Virus record (IMG/VR): IMGVR_UViG_2645727555_000016
Coordinates: 1-31,562 of that record
Length of the DNA stretch: 31,562 nucleotides
Strand: one strand, 5' to 3'
From: a virus
Taxonomy: Duplodnaviria > Heunggongvirae > Uroviricota > Caudoviricetes
Part shown: piece by piece, positions 18,110 through 27,223 of the stretch
How the letters are laid out: each line of letters opens with the position of its first letter
Numbering within the stretch: the first letter of the stretch is position 1
Program-made: the position numbers and the translations under genes
The notes under the pieces: model-generated
Database searches by the model: none
The model's input: only the letters and a program-made list of their open reading frames with translations
Told to the model about the DNA's origin: nothing

Positions 18110-18132
18110 GATAAGTAAGTAACTACCTACCA
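18110..18132 (+). promoter_or_regulatory. Conserved intergenic motif GATAAGTAAGTAACTACCTACCA (instance 3), immediately upstream of the 18143 start
   Basis: 13-nt core identical to instance 1 except the last base; followed by a CTACC segment as in instances 2 and 4. Confidence 0.45.
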
Positions 18133-18142
18133 GGTGAGCCAC

Positions 18143-18883
18143 ATGAGCCAAATCTTTTTCGATACCATCGACAACGACCAGTACGACTTCATGACAGAGT
18201 GGAATACCGCTGTTATGGACAAGTGGGTCGCTGAAAACATTGGTTTGTCGCGCTGTAAAGACGAGGCTGAACTCTTCGAGACGAAGTGGTTTGATTACCG
18301 TGACATGCATCCTCTCATGGCCACCTGTCTTTTTACGGAGGCATACAAACGTCAGTACTCAAATATCATGCTGACGCACGGTCGCGAACACTTTGAAACA
18401 GCTCCGTTCACCACCGGGTTAAAACGCCTGCCTTATCAGGAGTTGTCGACTGCCAATAAAACGTCGCTATGGAAAGCACGCCAGTTTGCGGATCGCTATT
18501 GCTGCTCATACGACTACTTTATCTCCACCGTTCTTTCCGCAGCTGCACGACGGCTGTGGGACAAGCTGCCGCGCCCACAGCATTTGTGGCAGCCAGAACT
18601 GATTGAGATATTTGAAGAGAAATTAGCCAGACGCGCAACAACCCGTCTGGATGACTCTCTTGTTAGCTTTAAGCATATGGGAGACATGCAGTTCAACCCG
18701 ATTCAGGAAAGCTATTTTGAGTGGATTCTGGAGCGTTTGCGCACCATCCCTCGCAGCAAGCGCATACGCGCAATTTTCTCCGCTATCTGGCTAATGGAAA
18801 TCGTTCCAGAGCGCCTTATTTCCGCCCACTTTCCAGAAGAACTGGAAGAAGCACGGCGGTTTATTGATCCCCTATCTAATTAA
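18143..18883 (+). CDS. Hypothetical protein at the head of the replication module (possible helicase loader or initiator; unsupported)
   Basis: ORF 18134..18883 (GTG) with a likely ATG start at 18143; no recognisable motif; precedes the DnaB-like helicase. Confidence 0.4.
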   Translation: MSQIFFDTIDNDQYDFMTEWNTAVMDKWVAENIGLSRCKDEAELFETKWFDYRDMHPLMATCLFTEAYKRQYSNIMLTHGREHFETAPFTTGLKRLPYQELSTANKTSLWKARQFADRYCCSYDYFISTVLSAAARRLWDKLPRPQHLWQPELIEIFEEKLARRATTRLDDSLVSFKHMGDMQFNPIQESYFEWILERLRTIPRSKRIRAIFSAIWLMEIVPERLISAHFPEELEEARRFIDPLSN

Positions 18884-18926
18884 CTAATACTAGAAAACAA
18901 TTTGTTTAAAAAACAAAGGAAAGCAC

Positions 18927-20267
18927 ATGACCGAACTTTGCCATACAGGACGCGGGCTGTCCGAAGAGTTTGATGAAGATTTCCAGAACAGACTGACGGC
19001 ATATTTTTGTCGTGATCACGAGTTTCTTACTCGTGCGGGAGATCTGGTTGTGCCTAGCCAATTTGCCAATGCGGCCAATGCCATATTGGTTAATATGGTT
19101 TCGGGCTATTACCGTATGTACAAGAGCGCGCCCTCTTCATCTGCAATTCTGGATATGCTTAAGCGTGCGAAACGCGATAAGACTATCCGTGAGGAACTAT
19201 TCGCCGATGTTGTTGCTGCGTTTAAGCGCATTCTTGCAGAAAAATTGTCCGATACCTCGTACATGGTTGACCAGGTATCAACCTTCGCAAAAAGTGTAGC
19301 GTTTGATGATGCTCTGATTAAGGCTGCTGAACTGAAAGAGAAGGGCGACTTTCAGGGGGCGATGGCAATCATGGCCAAGGTTCAGCAGATTGGATCGAAC
19401 GAAGCGACCGGAATCTATGACTACTACACCTCCGCAAGTGAGCGATTGAAAGCGCGTGAATATGAGGCTTCAGAGGAGTATGTGCCAAACAGCATTACAA
19501 CTGGACTCCCTCTGCTTGATAGATTGCTGTACCAAAAAGGCTGGGCAAAGCGCGAAATGGTGCTCTTCATGGGGTTCGCTAAATCCGGTAAATCGACCGC
19601 AATGGGTGAGTTTTCCATAAACGCAACGCTTGCTGGCTACAATGTTCTGTATCTCTCGCTGGAGGTTCACACCACCATTTTATCCGACCGTTTTGATGCA
19701 AGATTGTCGGAGACAGAAATGTCCAAGCTGGTGGAACGGCGCGATGAGGTTCATCGTAAGTTGGCAGAGTTGGGAGCCACGAAGGGGATTGGTAGTTTGT
19801 GGGTGGTTGAGCGTCCGTCAGGAAGTATGTCACCGGCAGATCTGGACCGTATGCTTAACAGCATGAAAGCCAACGGCATGGTACCTGACATGGTTGTTGT
19901 CGACTACGCAGATTTGATGCGTGCCAGTTATGACCTTCGTGATGATCGCGCCAACATTCGTAGCATCTACACCGATTTACGTGCTCTTTATGACAAGCAT
20001 AATGTTGCTGGGATCACGGCATCGCAGACAAACCGTGAAGGTGGCGCGTCAGAAGTTGCCACAATGATGCACGCTGCCGACAACATCGAAAAAGTACGTA
20101 TTGCTGACCTGGTAATAACGATCAACAAAACCGAAGAAGAAGAAGCGAAAGGAGAGGCTCGTCTCTACTTTGCTGGTTCACGTAACCAGCAGGGAGGGAT
20201 CAGCATTCGCGTTAAACAAAACCTCGAACAAATGCGCTTCATTGAGCGAATCTTAGACGTTACCTAA
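18927..20267 (+). CDS. DnaB-like replicative DNA helicase (RecA-fold C-terminal ATPase)
   Basis: Walker A GFAKSGKST, Walker B-like MVVVDYADLM; 446 aa; N-terminal helical domain plus C-terminal ATPase. Confidence 0.6.
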   Translation: MTELCHTGRGLSEEFDEDFQNRLTAYFCRDHEFLTRAGDLVVPSQFANAANAILVNMVSGYYRMYKSAPSSSAILDMLKRAKRDKTIREELFADVVAAFKRILAEKLSDTSYMVDQVSTFAKSVAFDDALIKAAELKEKGDFQGAMAIMAKVQQIGSNEATGIYDYYTSASERLKAREYEASEEYVPNSITTGLPLLDRLLYQKGWAKREMVLFMGFAKSGKSTAMGEFSINATLAGYNVLYLSLEVHTTILSDRFDARLSETEMSKLVERRDEVHRKLAELGATKGIGSLWVVERPSGSMSPADLDRMLNSMKANGMVPDMVVVDYADLMRASYDLRDDRANIRSIYTDLRALYDKHNVAGITASQTNREGGASEVATMMHAADNIEKVRIADLVITINKTEEEEAKGEARLYFAGSRNQQGGISIRVKQNLEQMRFIERILDVT

Positions 20268-20414
20268 AAAATAAGCGTGGAGAACACCTCCACGCTTGAT
20301 TCATTGGTGAAACAACTTTTCTTTTGCCAAACCACAAAAGAAAAACACATGAGCCTTTATGTTATATCAACATTTAGGTTGGTCACAATATTGCCTATTA
20401 AAGGTGGAATTATC

Positions 20415-21530
20415 GTGAGCGAGCTGAAAGAGCTAATTACCGAATTAGATTTTGAACAATGGTTGGACACTGAAGGTATCGTTTATCGACGTGGAGGCGT
20501 GAGTGCTCGCGGTCGTGAAGTGAATATCAAGGAGTGTCCGGTATGTGGCAGCTCCAACTGGAAGGTATATTTCAATCTGACCAGTGGCGTCGGCAAATGC
20601 TTTGCTGGTGATCATCCCGAAGAGATTCAGTTCAATAAGCTGGTCTTCCTCAAGCACTACAGCGGTAAATCACGACGACAGTTCGAGGAATATGTGCAGA
20701 ACGCGCTGATCTCACAAGGATGGGCGCCGAAGAAGGAAGAGGTCGTGCTGGCCAGCAAGGTTGAACTCGAAGGGCCAGTAGCTCTCCCTCGACATTACGA
20801 ACTCCCCATTGACGGTCGTCTTCCTGATTATCTGGTGGAGCGCCATATCTCCCCGGATCTGGCCAAATACTTTGATCTGCGTTACTGCGTCGAAGGCAAG
20901 CACGCATACGTCGATCCGTACACAGACCAGGTCAAAGGGCAGGTGTTTGATATGCGCATCCTGATACCGGTTTACGATCTGGATGGCGTGATGAAGACCT
21001 TCCAGGGGCGTGACATTACCGGTGCAGCAGAACGCCGTTATCTCTTCCCTATGCAGCTGCCGGCGTCGGGTAAGTTTCTCTACAACGGCCACAACGCAGT
21101 CGGGAAACAAACAGTCGTTGTGTGTGAAGGGGCATTTGACGTAATGGGCGTGAAGCGAGCCATCTTCGACGAAAAGACGCTGAGGGATTATGTAGAGCCA
21201 ATTGGCACGTTCGGGATGCACTTGTCCGGAAATATGAATGAGGACGCTGAAGATCAGTTGGGCGCGTTCCTGACGCTCAAGGCGCGTGGATTACGCAACG
21301 TCATCATGATGTGGGATAGCGAGAAGCAAGCGATCCGCAACACCATGTCGGCGGCCAAACGCCTCACCAGCATCGGACTAAATGTCAAAGTGGCCTGTCT
21401 GGGCGAAGAAGGTCTCGACCCCGGCGACGCGACGCCAGAGCAGATCCTTAAAGCCTATTATCGTGCCAAGCCTTACTCCAAACAGCTGGAGTTAAAATGC
21501 AAAGTGCTCGGTATCAAGTCACTCGTGTAG
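20415..21530 (+). CDS. DNA primase (zinc-ribbon plus TOPRIM)
   Basis: ORF 20277..21530; probable GTG start at 20415 after AAGGTGG; zinc-binding CPVCGSSNW...KCFAGDH; TOPRIM-like VVVCEGAFDVMG and MWDSE. Confidence 0.5.
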   Translation: MSELKELITELDFEQWLDTEGIVYRRGGVSARGREVNIKECPVCGSSNWKVYFNLTSGVGKCFAGDHPEEIQFNKLVFLKHYSGKSRRQFEEYVQNALISQGWAPKKEEVVLASKVELEGPVALPRHYELPIDGRLPDYLVERHISPDLAKYFDLRYCVEGKHAYVDPYTDQVKGQVFDMRILIPVYDLDGVMKTFQGRDITGAAERRYLFPMQLPASGKFLYNGHNAVGKQTVVVCEGAFDVMGVKRAIFDEKTLRDYVEPIGTFGMHLSGNMNEDAEDQLGAFLTLKARGLRNVIMMWDSEKQAIRNTMSAAKRLTSIGLNVKVACLGEEGLDPGDATPEQILKAYYRAKPYSKQLELKCKVLGIKSLV

Positions 21531-21531
21531 T

Positions 21532-22584
21532 TTAAGTTGTGGGAGACAGACGGTTCAGGACAAACGCAGCGATATTATTTAGTGCTATATTTAGCAAACT
21601 TGCATCATATGTTTGGTCGTTATCCTTAGGTTTAAAATTGCTGATACTGACTGTCTCACTGTGCTCATTTTCATAGAAACGTTTACTGCTTGAATCTAGG
21701 CGTTTGAGGACGTAAATTTGCCCAAATTCAATCCACTCACCTTCACCATTGAGTCCGCTCCCTGTTTTGACTGAGATGAAGTACTTTGCCAGCTTGGTTG
21801 TAATGCAGTCTTCATTTTTTTCTATGCAAACCTTAATGCCGGCGGCTTTCAAACTACGATAAATGCTGTTTGGATATGCCCCACTATAGATTTCGCTGCT
21901 TTCAATGATAATGACGTCGTATTCTTCCTTTGGCTCAATAGATAAAGCTTCAGGCTCCAAATCATCCTTGTGAAAAATAAATCCTAAAAGACGCTCAAGT
22001 TCATCTGTTAATTTGAACATGGGGTTCGCTTGGATCTCGCCAGCCCTGTCTTCGTAGACGAGACCCGAGGTTATGAGCTTATTTAGCGATCTCAGAGCCA
22101 TTCCACTTTTTTGTGATGTGAGGCTAACTTGGGCTAATACAGTTGATTTATAGCCTTTTATTGGCGAGCTTGTTGTGATGTAAAGTTTGCGCGCATATTC
22201 AATATCAAAGCAGGTTAACCCACTCAGTATGTGGATAAAAAATAGTTTTTCATCGTCGTTAAGGCTGCTGCGGGCTAGGCTTACCGTCAAGCGAATGTAG
22301 TATTCTGTTTTCTTGTCTTCATCATCAAGCACGAGCTTTTTGACTAACGCCGAAAAGTGTTCTCTTGAGATATCGACCTCATCGTCGCAAATTTCACCAA
22401 TGCCCATAATGTAACGGTTGAATCGATCACGACAAGTCGTCGCATTTATCTCTGAGAACAACGTGAACATTTTTTCCGCTGCCTCAATATGAGGTCCAAC
22501 AAGCGGTATAGATTTGGCAAACGCCAAACCAGTTTCTTTCAATACCTTCCTGTGTTGCATCACGTTTTTGGACAACGTTGTCAT
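21532..22584 (-). CDS. Hypothetical protein on the opposite strand, AT-rich; candidate moron (possible abortive-infection or defence cargo)
   Basis: 350-aa ORF, one of only two convincing minus-strand genes in the window; visibly lower GC than flanks; sits between the primase and a promoter-like AT-rich spacer. Confidence 0.5.
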   Translation of the reverse strand: MTTLSKNVMQHRKVLKETGLAFAKSIPLVGPHIEAAEKMFTLFSEINATTCRDRFNRYIMGIGEICDDEVDISREHFSALVKKLVLDDEDKKTEYYIRLTVSLARSSLNDDEKLFFIHILSGLTCFDIEYARKLYITTSSPIKGYKSTVLAQVSLTSQKSGMALRSLNKLITSGLVYEDRAGEIQANPMFKLTDELERLLGFIFHKDDLEPEALSIEPKEEYDVIIIESSEIYSGAYPNSIYRSLKAAGIKVCIEKNEDCITTKLAKYFISVKTGSGLNGEGEWIEFGQIYVLKRLDSSSKRFYENEHSETVSISNFKPKDNDQTYDASLLNIALNNIAAFVLNRLSPTT

Positions 22585-22703
22585 AGACCTAAGCCTTGTG
22601 TGTTTAACGTATTAGTTAAGTGAAATCATATAGAAGTGACCTGACAGCTACAACTGGACAAGATTAAGAGCATTTTTTATAAACGAAACTAAACGCCTAC
22701 ATT

Positions 22704-22724
22704 GATAAGTAGATACATACTTAT
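22704..22724 (+). promoter_or_regulatory. Palindromic GATAAGTA...TACTTAT site (ATAAGTA-N7-TACTTAT) in the divergent intergenic region between the minus-strand ORF and gene 22768
   Basis: Inverted repeat of the ATAAGTA half-site read directly; overlaps a TTGATA -35-like hexamer. Confidence 0.35.
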
Positions 22725-22767
22725 ATTTCTGTAAGAATATGCTCGACAAAGGAATTGAGGAACCTTT

Positions 22768-23562
22768 ATGAAAGCAGATATTCAGAAGTCCGTTACCGAA
22801 ATCATCGACAAATCAGGCGTAGAAATTGATACAGAAGAGCGCCAGAAGATTATCGATGAGGCGATCCAGACTGCGCTGGAGCACATCGCCACGTCTGTGA
22901 GCACCGCACCTCTTTCGGAAGGCTCGAAATACATGCGGGTCTGGGTTCGTTTTGGGGAGTCCCCGGAGCTGCCTGGTGTTAAACAGAAACGCGCGGCACT
23001 CGTGGCGTTCACTCGCAAAATGAAGGACGCAACGGTCGAAGTACGCGCCGGTGCATGGTACGACGGTCGCGTTGTCTACACCAATCAGGCAGTGTGCGAT
23101 GAAGGTGAACGGTTTGAGGAAATTGTCGACGCGACTCTTCGCGCGATCAAAGGCAGGGCTGGCGTAGAGGATGATCCTTCTATCGCGGCGTTCCTGAGCA
23201 TTGTCGAACTGCCTGAAGTTACCGAACGCGTTACAGATCTGACAACCCCACCTGGTTTGCTGGAGTTGGTGGTCAGTGGCGATACCAAAAAAGCCGTTGA
23301 GCGCATTCGTGAGGTGGAATACGGCATCATCTGCGATATGTGCCGCAGCGACTTAGACCTGGTGCGCATCATTGTCGACGCGGGTCAGACATGTGACGGT
23401 GTGCTCGCCAGTTTTGCAGGGCAGGTGGCACGCCTGGCCAACGAGCTGCCGATGATTAAACAGGAGGCAAAATCCTACGCCGTCCACCATGCCAACGATT
23501 TACTGGAACCATACCGGTTCGAAGCCGCTCAGGACAAAATGACTGGCTGGGCTACCTGGTAA
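22768..23562 (+). CDS. Hypothetical protein
   Basis: 264-aa ORF with AGGAA-type RBS; followed by an intrinsic terminator. Confidence 0.45.
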   Translation: MKADIQKSVTEIIDKSGVEIDTEERQKIIDEAIQTALEHIATSVSTAPLSEGSKYMRVWVRFGESPELPGVKQKRAALVAFTRKMKDATVEVRAGAWYDGRVVYTNQAVCDEGERFEEIVDATLRAIKGRAGVEDDPSIAAFLSIVELPEVTERVTDLTTPPGLLELVVSGDTKKAVERIREVEYGIICDMCRSDLDLVRIIVDAGQTCDGVLASFAGQVARLANELPMIKQEAKSYAVHHANDLLEPYRFEAAQDKMTGWATW

Positions 23563-23579
23563 GCCTTGATAAACCATTT

Positions 23580-23601
23580 AGCCCCCTGGTGGGGCTTTTT
23601 T
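23580..23601 (+). terminator. Rho-independent terminator (AGCCCC-CTGGT-GGGGCT followed by TTTTT)
   Basis: GC stem and T-tract directly after the stop of ORF 22768..23562. Confidence 0.65.
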
Positions 23602-23612
23602 AAACTGCGCTC

Positions 23613-23635
23613 AATAAGTAAGTACACGACTACGG
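23613..23635 (+). promoter_or_regulatory. Conserved intergenic motif AATAAGTAAGTACACGACTACGG (instance 4), immediately upstream of the 23644 start
   Basis: Core AATAAGTAAGTAC plus ACnnCTAC segment, as in instances 2 and 3. Confidence 0.45.
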
Positions 23636-23643
23636 TTAGAAGC

Positions 23644-24108
23644 ATGTCCACAAAAACAGATTTGTCGAAAATCCCGTCTATCTCCGGAAACAACGGTTAT
23701 TCGCTGCGCTGTCAGGAAGTGAAGATCAACGGCCATGAGGCCCATTGCAGCTATACAGTCTGCCAGCACACCATCCTCGCCTACAAAGAGAAGCGTCTCC
23801 CAGCGACATCGTTCCAGTCCTGCGCTGCGGCCATTGCTGCTGGAAAATGCCAGGCGCTGAAGATGATGGTCGAAGAGATCCGCAAAGGCGAACAGCTCTA
23901 CTTCATCGATATGGCTGCGCTTATCAAAGAAGTGGAAGAGCAAAACGACCACGCCAGAACGCTTACCCGGAAGCGCAACACCATGACGATTCAACGCACG
24001 AAGAAAACAGAACCAGCCAAACCCGAAACCACGTCCACCGATTCACTGGCGCCTGTCACTGACGTGTACGCGGCACTCATTGAAGAAGCAACCAAAGAAA
24101 ACACATGA
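23644..24108 (+). CDS. Hypothetical protein (Cys-containing; possible nucleic-acid-binding)
   Basis: ORF 23566..24108 overlaps the terminator; the likely start is ATG 23644 (MSTKTDL). Confidence 0.4.
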   Translation: MSTKTDLSKIPSISGNNGYSLRCQEVKINGHEAHCSYTVCQHTILAYKEKRLPATSFQSCAAAIAAGKCQALKMMVEEIRKGEQLYFIDMAALIKEVEEQNDHARTLTRKRNTMTIQRTKKTEPAKPETTSTDSLAPVTDVYAALIEEATKENT

Positions 24109-24142
24109 AAACTCCCGAGCGACCGATGGAGGTTAAACACTA

Positions 24143-25465
24143 ATGGAAAAACTGATCGCCCTAAAGCACAAGCTGGATGCCATAAAAACGATGGGAACCA
24201 ACGCCAAAAAAGAGGCGCTGGCCAACCTTGATGAATTTGAGCAGAGCATGGTCTCGCTAATGCTCAACCCATTCATTCGATTCGGTGTGAAGAAGTACAA
24301 AGTGGTCGAGCCACTCGATACTTCCGTACCCATCGACCAGAAGGTAGTCGAGCTGCTGGAGAAGCTGGCGGCGCGCGAACTGACCGGGAACGCGGCCATT
24401 ACTGCTGTCGAATCACTCGTTGCCTCAATGTGCGCTGACGGGCAGGACGTGTTTCGTCGCTTCCTGCTGAAAGATCCGAAAGCCGGCGTCGGCATCAGCC
24501 TGTGCAACAAGGTGTTCGAAAACCCAATTCCGAAGTTTGAGGTACAGCTGGCGTCTCCGTACAAGGAGAAAGGCGACAAATACCCATTTAAACCAAATCC
24601 AAAGGCCAAGTGGCCAATGATCGGCAGCCTCAAACTCGATGGTCTCCGGGTTATCTGCGAAGTCATCGTTGACGAGGAAGAGGTGAACTTCCTGACGCGT
24701 ACCGGAAATCCGATTACGTCACTCGATCACCTTAAACCGGCCATGCTGGAGCGAGGCAGACTCTCCGGGTTCAAGCACATCTTCTTCGATGGTGAGGGTA
24801 CTGCAGGTACGTTCAACCAGTCCGTATCGGCGCTTCGCAAGAAGAACGTGAAAGCCATTGGTGCCGTTTACCACATCTTCGATTTCTTCTTACCGGAATG
24901 GCGTGCTCAGGCAAAAAGCAAAGAGTACCTGAAGACCGGCATGAAGCTGAAAGAGCGCCTGGCTATGCTGGTGGCGTTGTTCCGCAACACTTGCGGGGAA
25001 GATTACGCGCAAGATATCCACCTGCATCCGTTCTACATCATCCATAGCCATGGAGACTTTATCGAACGCTTCATGAAGCGCCTGGACGAGAACGAAGAGG
25101 GGGAGATGGGCAAAGATCCGGATTCTGTTTACGAGTTTAAACGTACCCGCAGCTGGTGGAAGTTAAAAGACGAAGATTCAGAAGATGGTGAAATTATCGA
25201 CTTTGAGCCGGGCGACCCGGACTCTGGTTTTGCCAACACGCTTGGAAAAATTGTTATTCGTCTTGAAAACGGCGTCATCGTGCGTGCGAGCGGCATTAAG
25301 CATAAATATCTGGACGAGATCTGGAACAACAAAGAGAAGTACCGTGGTCGTATTGTTGAGGTTCATTGTCACGAGAAAACACCGGACGGCAGCTTACGCC
25401 ACCCACGACTGAAATGGCCGCGTTGCTTACGCGATACAGAAGATCGAATCGGAGATAAAGAATGA
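24143..25465 (+). CDS. ATP-dependent DNA ligase
   Basis: Adenylation motif I KxDGxR present as SLKLDGLRV; 440 aa; location in the replication module. Confidence 0.6.
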   Translation: MEKLIALKHKLDAIKTMGTNAKKEALANLDEFEQSMVSLMLNPFIRFGVKKYKVVEPLDTSVPIDQKVVELLEKLAARELTGNAAITAVESLVASMCADGQDVFRRFLLKDPKAGVGISLCNKVFENPIPKFEVQLASPYKEKGDKYPFKPNPKAKWPMIGSLKLDGLRVICEVIVDEEEVNFLTRTGNPITSLDHLKPAMLERGRLSGFKHIFFDGEGTAGTFNQSVSALRKKNVKAIGAVYHIFDFFLPEWRAQAKSKEYLKTGMKLKERLAMLVALFRNTCGEDYAQDIHLHPFYIIHSHGDFIERFMKRLDENEEGEMGKDPDSVYEFKRTRSWWKLKDEDSEDGEIIDFEPGDPDSGFANTLGKIVIRLENGVIVRASGIKHKYLDEIWNNKEKYRGRIVEVHCHEKTPDGSLRHPRLKWPRCLRDTEDRIGDKE

Positions 25466-25641
25466 TGCTCGGCTGGATGATTGCATTTTTAGCGGTTGGT
25501 TTTTTAATCGGTATTGTGGTGATGTCCAGTTGCATCAATGACTACATTAAAAGCGGTGTTATAGAACGACGCGGTCGTATTTATCGCATTGTAGAAATAA
25601 CCCACACAGTGAAGGAGATTAAGGATGATCGTATTAAGTAA
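25462..25641 (+). CDS. Small membrane protein (59 aa), not in the supplied ORF track; paralogue of 25837..25989
   Basis: ATGA overlap with the ligase stop; N-terminal TM MMLGWMIAFLAVGFLIGIVVM followed by GRIYRIVE, parallel to GKRVYRVV in the paralogue. Confidence 0.4.
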   Translation: MMLGWMIAFLAVGFLIGIVVMSSCINDYIKSGVIERRGRIYRIVEITHTVKEIKDDRIK

Positions 25642-25840
25642 ACGGGAGAAGGAAACGCTTCATGAAATCAGTAAGTGGCCGGAGTTCCCTGAGTACTGGA
25701 AGCCTAAAACGCGAGCTAAGTTAGAGCGTTTAGGGTTGGTTGCAAACGTTTCTGAAACGAAGTGTTCGGCCAACTACCAGTTAACTGATAAAGGGAAAGT
25801 ATTGCTACAGCAATTAGTAGAATCAGGAGCGTTAAAATGA
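25625..25840 (+). CDS. Hypothetical small protein
   Basis: 71-aa ORF; overlapping start and stop with neighbours (translational coupling). Confidence 0.4.
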   Translation: MIVLSKREKETLHEISKWPEFPEYWKPKTRAKLERLGLVANVSETKCSANYQLTDKGKVLLQQLVESGALK

Positions 25841-25989
25841 TTCCATACATCTCATTAGCTTTTATGGGTGGCTTCCTTATTGGCTTCGGCATCTGTCGTG
25901 ATTTAATTAAGCAGGAACTTAAAACCAAAACACTGTGCATCGGAAAGCGTGTGTATCGGGTAGTTCATGAAACAAAGGTTAGAAAATGA
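25837..25989 (+). CDS. Small membrane protein (50 aa), not in the supplied ORF track; paralogue of 25462..25641
   Basis: ATGA overlap with the upstream stop; TM MIPYISLAFMGGFLIGFGI followed by a basic tail. Confidence 0.4.
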   Translation: MIPYISLAFMGGFLIGFGICRDLIKQELKTKTLCIGKRVYRVVHETKVRK

Positions 25990-26276
25990 GCAATTTAACT
26001 TCTTGGGACTGGTGGTTGGCCACCTATTTCTTAGCGGCCGGAGTCGCATTCGCCTTTTACGTAGGTCAGTTAGTCGTAAAACTGTTGCTGATTAAATTTG
26101 CTAGTCATAAACGTATCGATGATGGTCTGTGGCGTCTTGGCACCCTGGTGGAAACTCGCTACGGGCAACTTAAGGAGAACGAAACCATTACTATCCAAGC
26201 GAAACGATTCACTGCCACCATCACAAGAACACCTAGTCGTAGAGTGGCATTGATCAAAAAAGTCACAACCGAATAA
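25986..26276 (+). CDS. Small membrane protein
   Basis: 96 aa; N-terminal TM WWLATYFLAAGVAFAFYVGQLVV; ATGA overlap with the upstream gene. Confidence 0.4.
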   Translation: MSNLTSWDWWLATYFLAAGVAFAFYVGQLVVKLLLIKFASHKRIDDGLWRLGTLVETRYGQLKENETITIQAKRFTATITRTPSRRVALIKKVTTE

Positions 26277-26285
26277 AAATACAAT

Positions 26286-26307
26286 GATAAGTATTTACTT
26301 ACTTATC
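26286..26307. promoter_or_regulatory. Perfect palindrome GATAAGTA-TT-TACTTACTTATC built from the same GATAAGTAAGTA unit as the recurring motif; operator-like
   Basis: The right arm is the reverse complement of GATAAGTAAGTA; lies at the start of a gene-free structured region upstream of the tRNA cluster. Confidence 0.45.
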
Positions 26308-26666
26308 TTTTATGTATAAGATGACTTTGTTTTCGTTGAGACGCGACTGTTTGAACTTAAATACAAGTGCAAACGAAGAAGTCTATCTGGCAGTAGCCTA
26401 ATAAGCCAAACACCAGCGAGGTCAGTTTCCAGCCTCGTTACCGAAATGGGACACACTGAGCGAGTGTGATTGCAGAACGCAGGAGGGAACATTCATGTTC
26501 CCTCTGATGAAGTAACAGAATGGGCGGTCGTTATATTTTCAACTCAATATGACTCCCGGATTCTTAGCCACTGACCGCCCATCCTGTTACGTCATTTTGT
26601 TCAATTATGTCGTTTATACTGGGTTAAAAAGCGGCGGCGTAGCCCGGCTGGTATGGTTAGCCAGCA

Positions 26667-26788
26667 CACAACGTTGAGGCCATTACATTTTTATCAATTC
26701 TAAGGTTCTATTCACAGAGATACCGGCGAGCGTTGATATGTAACATGTTGGGCAAACATTCAATCGGAGTAGTGGCCTCAACGTTGTG
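26667..26788. repeat. Hairpin element A: 16-bp perfect inverted repeat (CACAACGTTGAGGCCA / TGGCCTCAACGTTGTG) flanking about 90 nt
   Basis: Arms 26667..26682 and 26773..26788 are exact reverse complements; arms share CTCAAC..TTGTG with elements B and C. Confidence 0.6.
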
Positions 26789-27052
26789 AAGACAGGATTG
26801 TTGTGTAGGTTTAACCACTGTTGCCATTGGTGCCTGTTTTCACAACAAATGATTCCATACATCACATTGTATAAATTACAAAGTAGGTGCTGTCCTCAGA
26901 AACATCATCTACTTAAAGATTTTGCCTTCTATTGAGCGAAGTCGAAAACGTCTGGCACTAACGAAAAGTGCAAGTAGCGGTGCGTTTATTGGCAAAAACT
27001 AACACCGCCGCGATTGGCACTGTTGAGTAATAAATACTGGCAGTGCTGAATT

Positions 27053-27127
27053 GATGGTGTAGCTCAGCGGTAGAGCAGTTGGCTGTTAACCAACTGGTCG
27101 GTGGTTCGAATCCACCCACCATCGCCA
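27053..27127 (+). tRNA. tRNA-Asn (anticodon GTT)
   Basis: Manual fold: acceptor GATGGTG/CACCATC, D-stem GCTC/GAGC, anticodon stem GTTGG/CCAAC with loop CTGTTAA, T-arm GGTGG-TTCGAAT-CCACC, discriminator G, encoded CCA. Confidence 0.75.
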
Positions 27128-27132
27128 ATTTA

Positions 27133-27219
27133 GGGGAGTTAGTCCGTAGAGGTAGCGGTGTAGACTGTAAATCTACTGTCATGGCGACTCGGGTGGTTCG
27201 ACTCCATCACTCCCCACCA
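27133..27219 (+). tRNA. tRNA-Tyr (anticodon GTA), class II with long variable arm
   Basis: Acceptor GGGGAGT/ACTCCCC, anticodon stem GTAGA/TCTAC with loop CTGTAAA, variable arm with GTC/GAC stem, T-arm GGTGG-TTCGACT-CCATC, encoded CCA; D-arm is non-canonical. Confidence 0.55.
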
Positions 27220-27223
27220 AATT

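Noticed and set aside
19012-21221. Alternative-frame ORFs inside the helicase and primase genes (19012..19299, 19424..19618, 19470..19670, 19579..19833, 19630..19866, 20445..20657, 20650..20907, 20712..21221)
   Set aside because: Embedded in genes with clear Walker A and zinc-ribbon/TOPRIM motifs; no independent support.
26310-26865. ORFs 26310..26492 (-) and 26683..26865 (-) in the structured non-coding region
   Set aside because: Short, no RBS, and they span hairpin and inverted-repeat elements; more likely non-coding.
27023-27052. Possible sigma-70 promoter (TTGAGT -35) immediately upstream of tRNA-Asn
   Set aside because: The -10 candidate (CTGAAT) is poor and would abut the mature tRNA 5' end; not enough to call.
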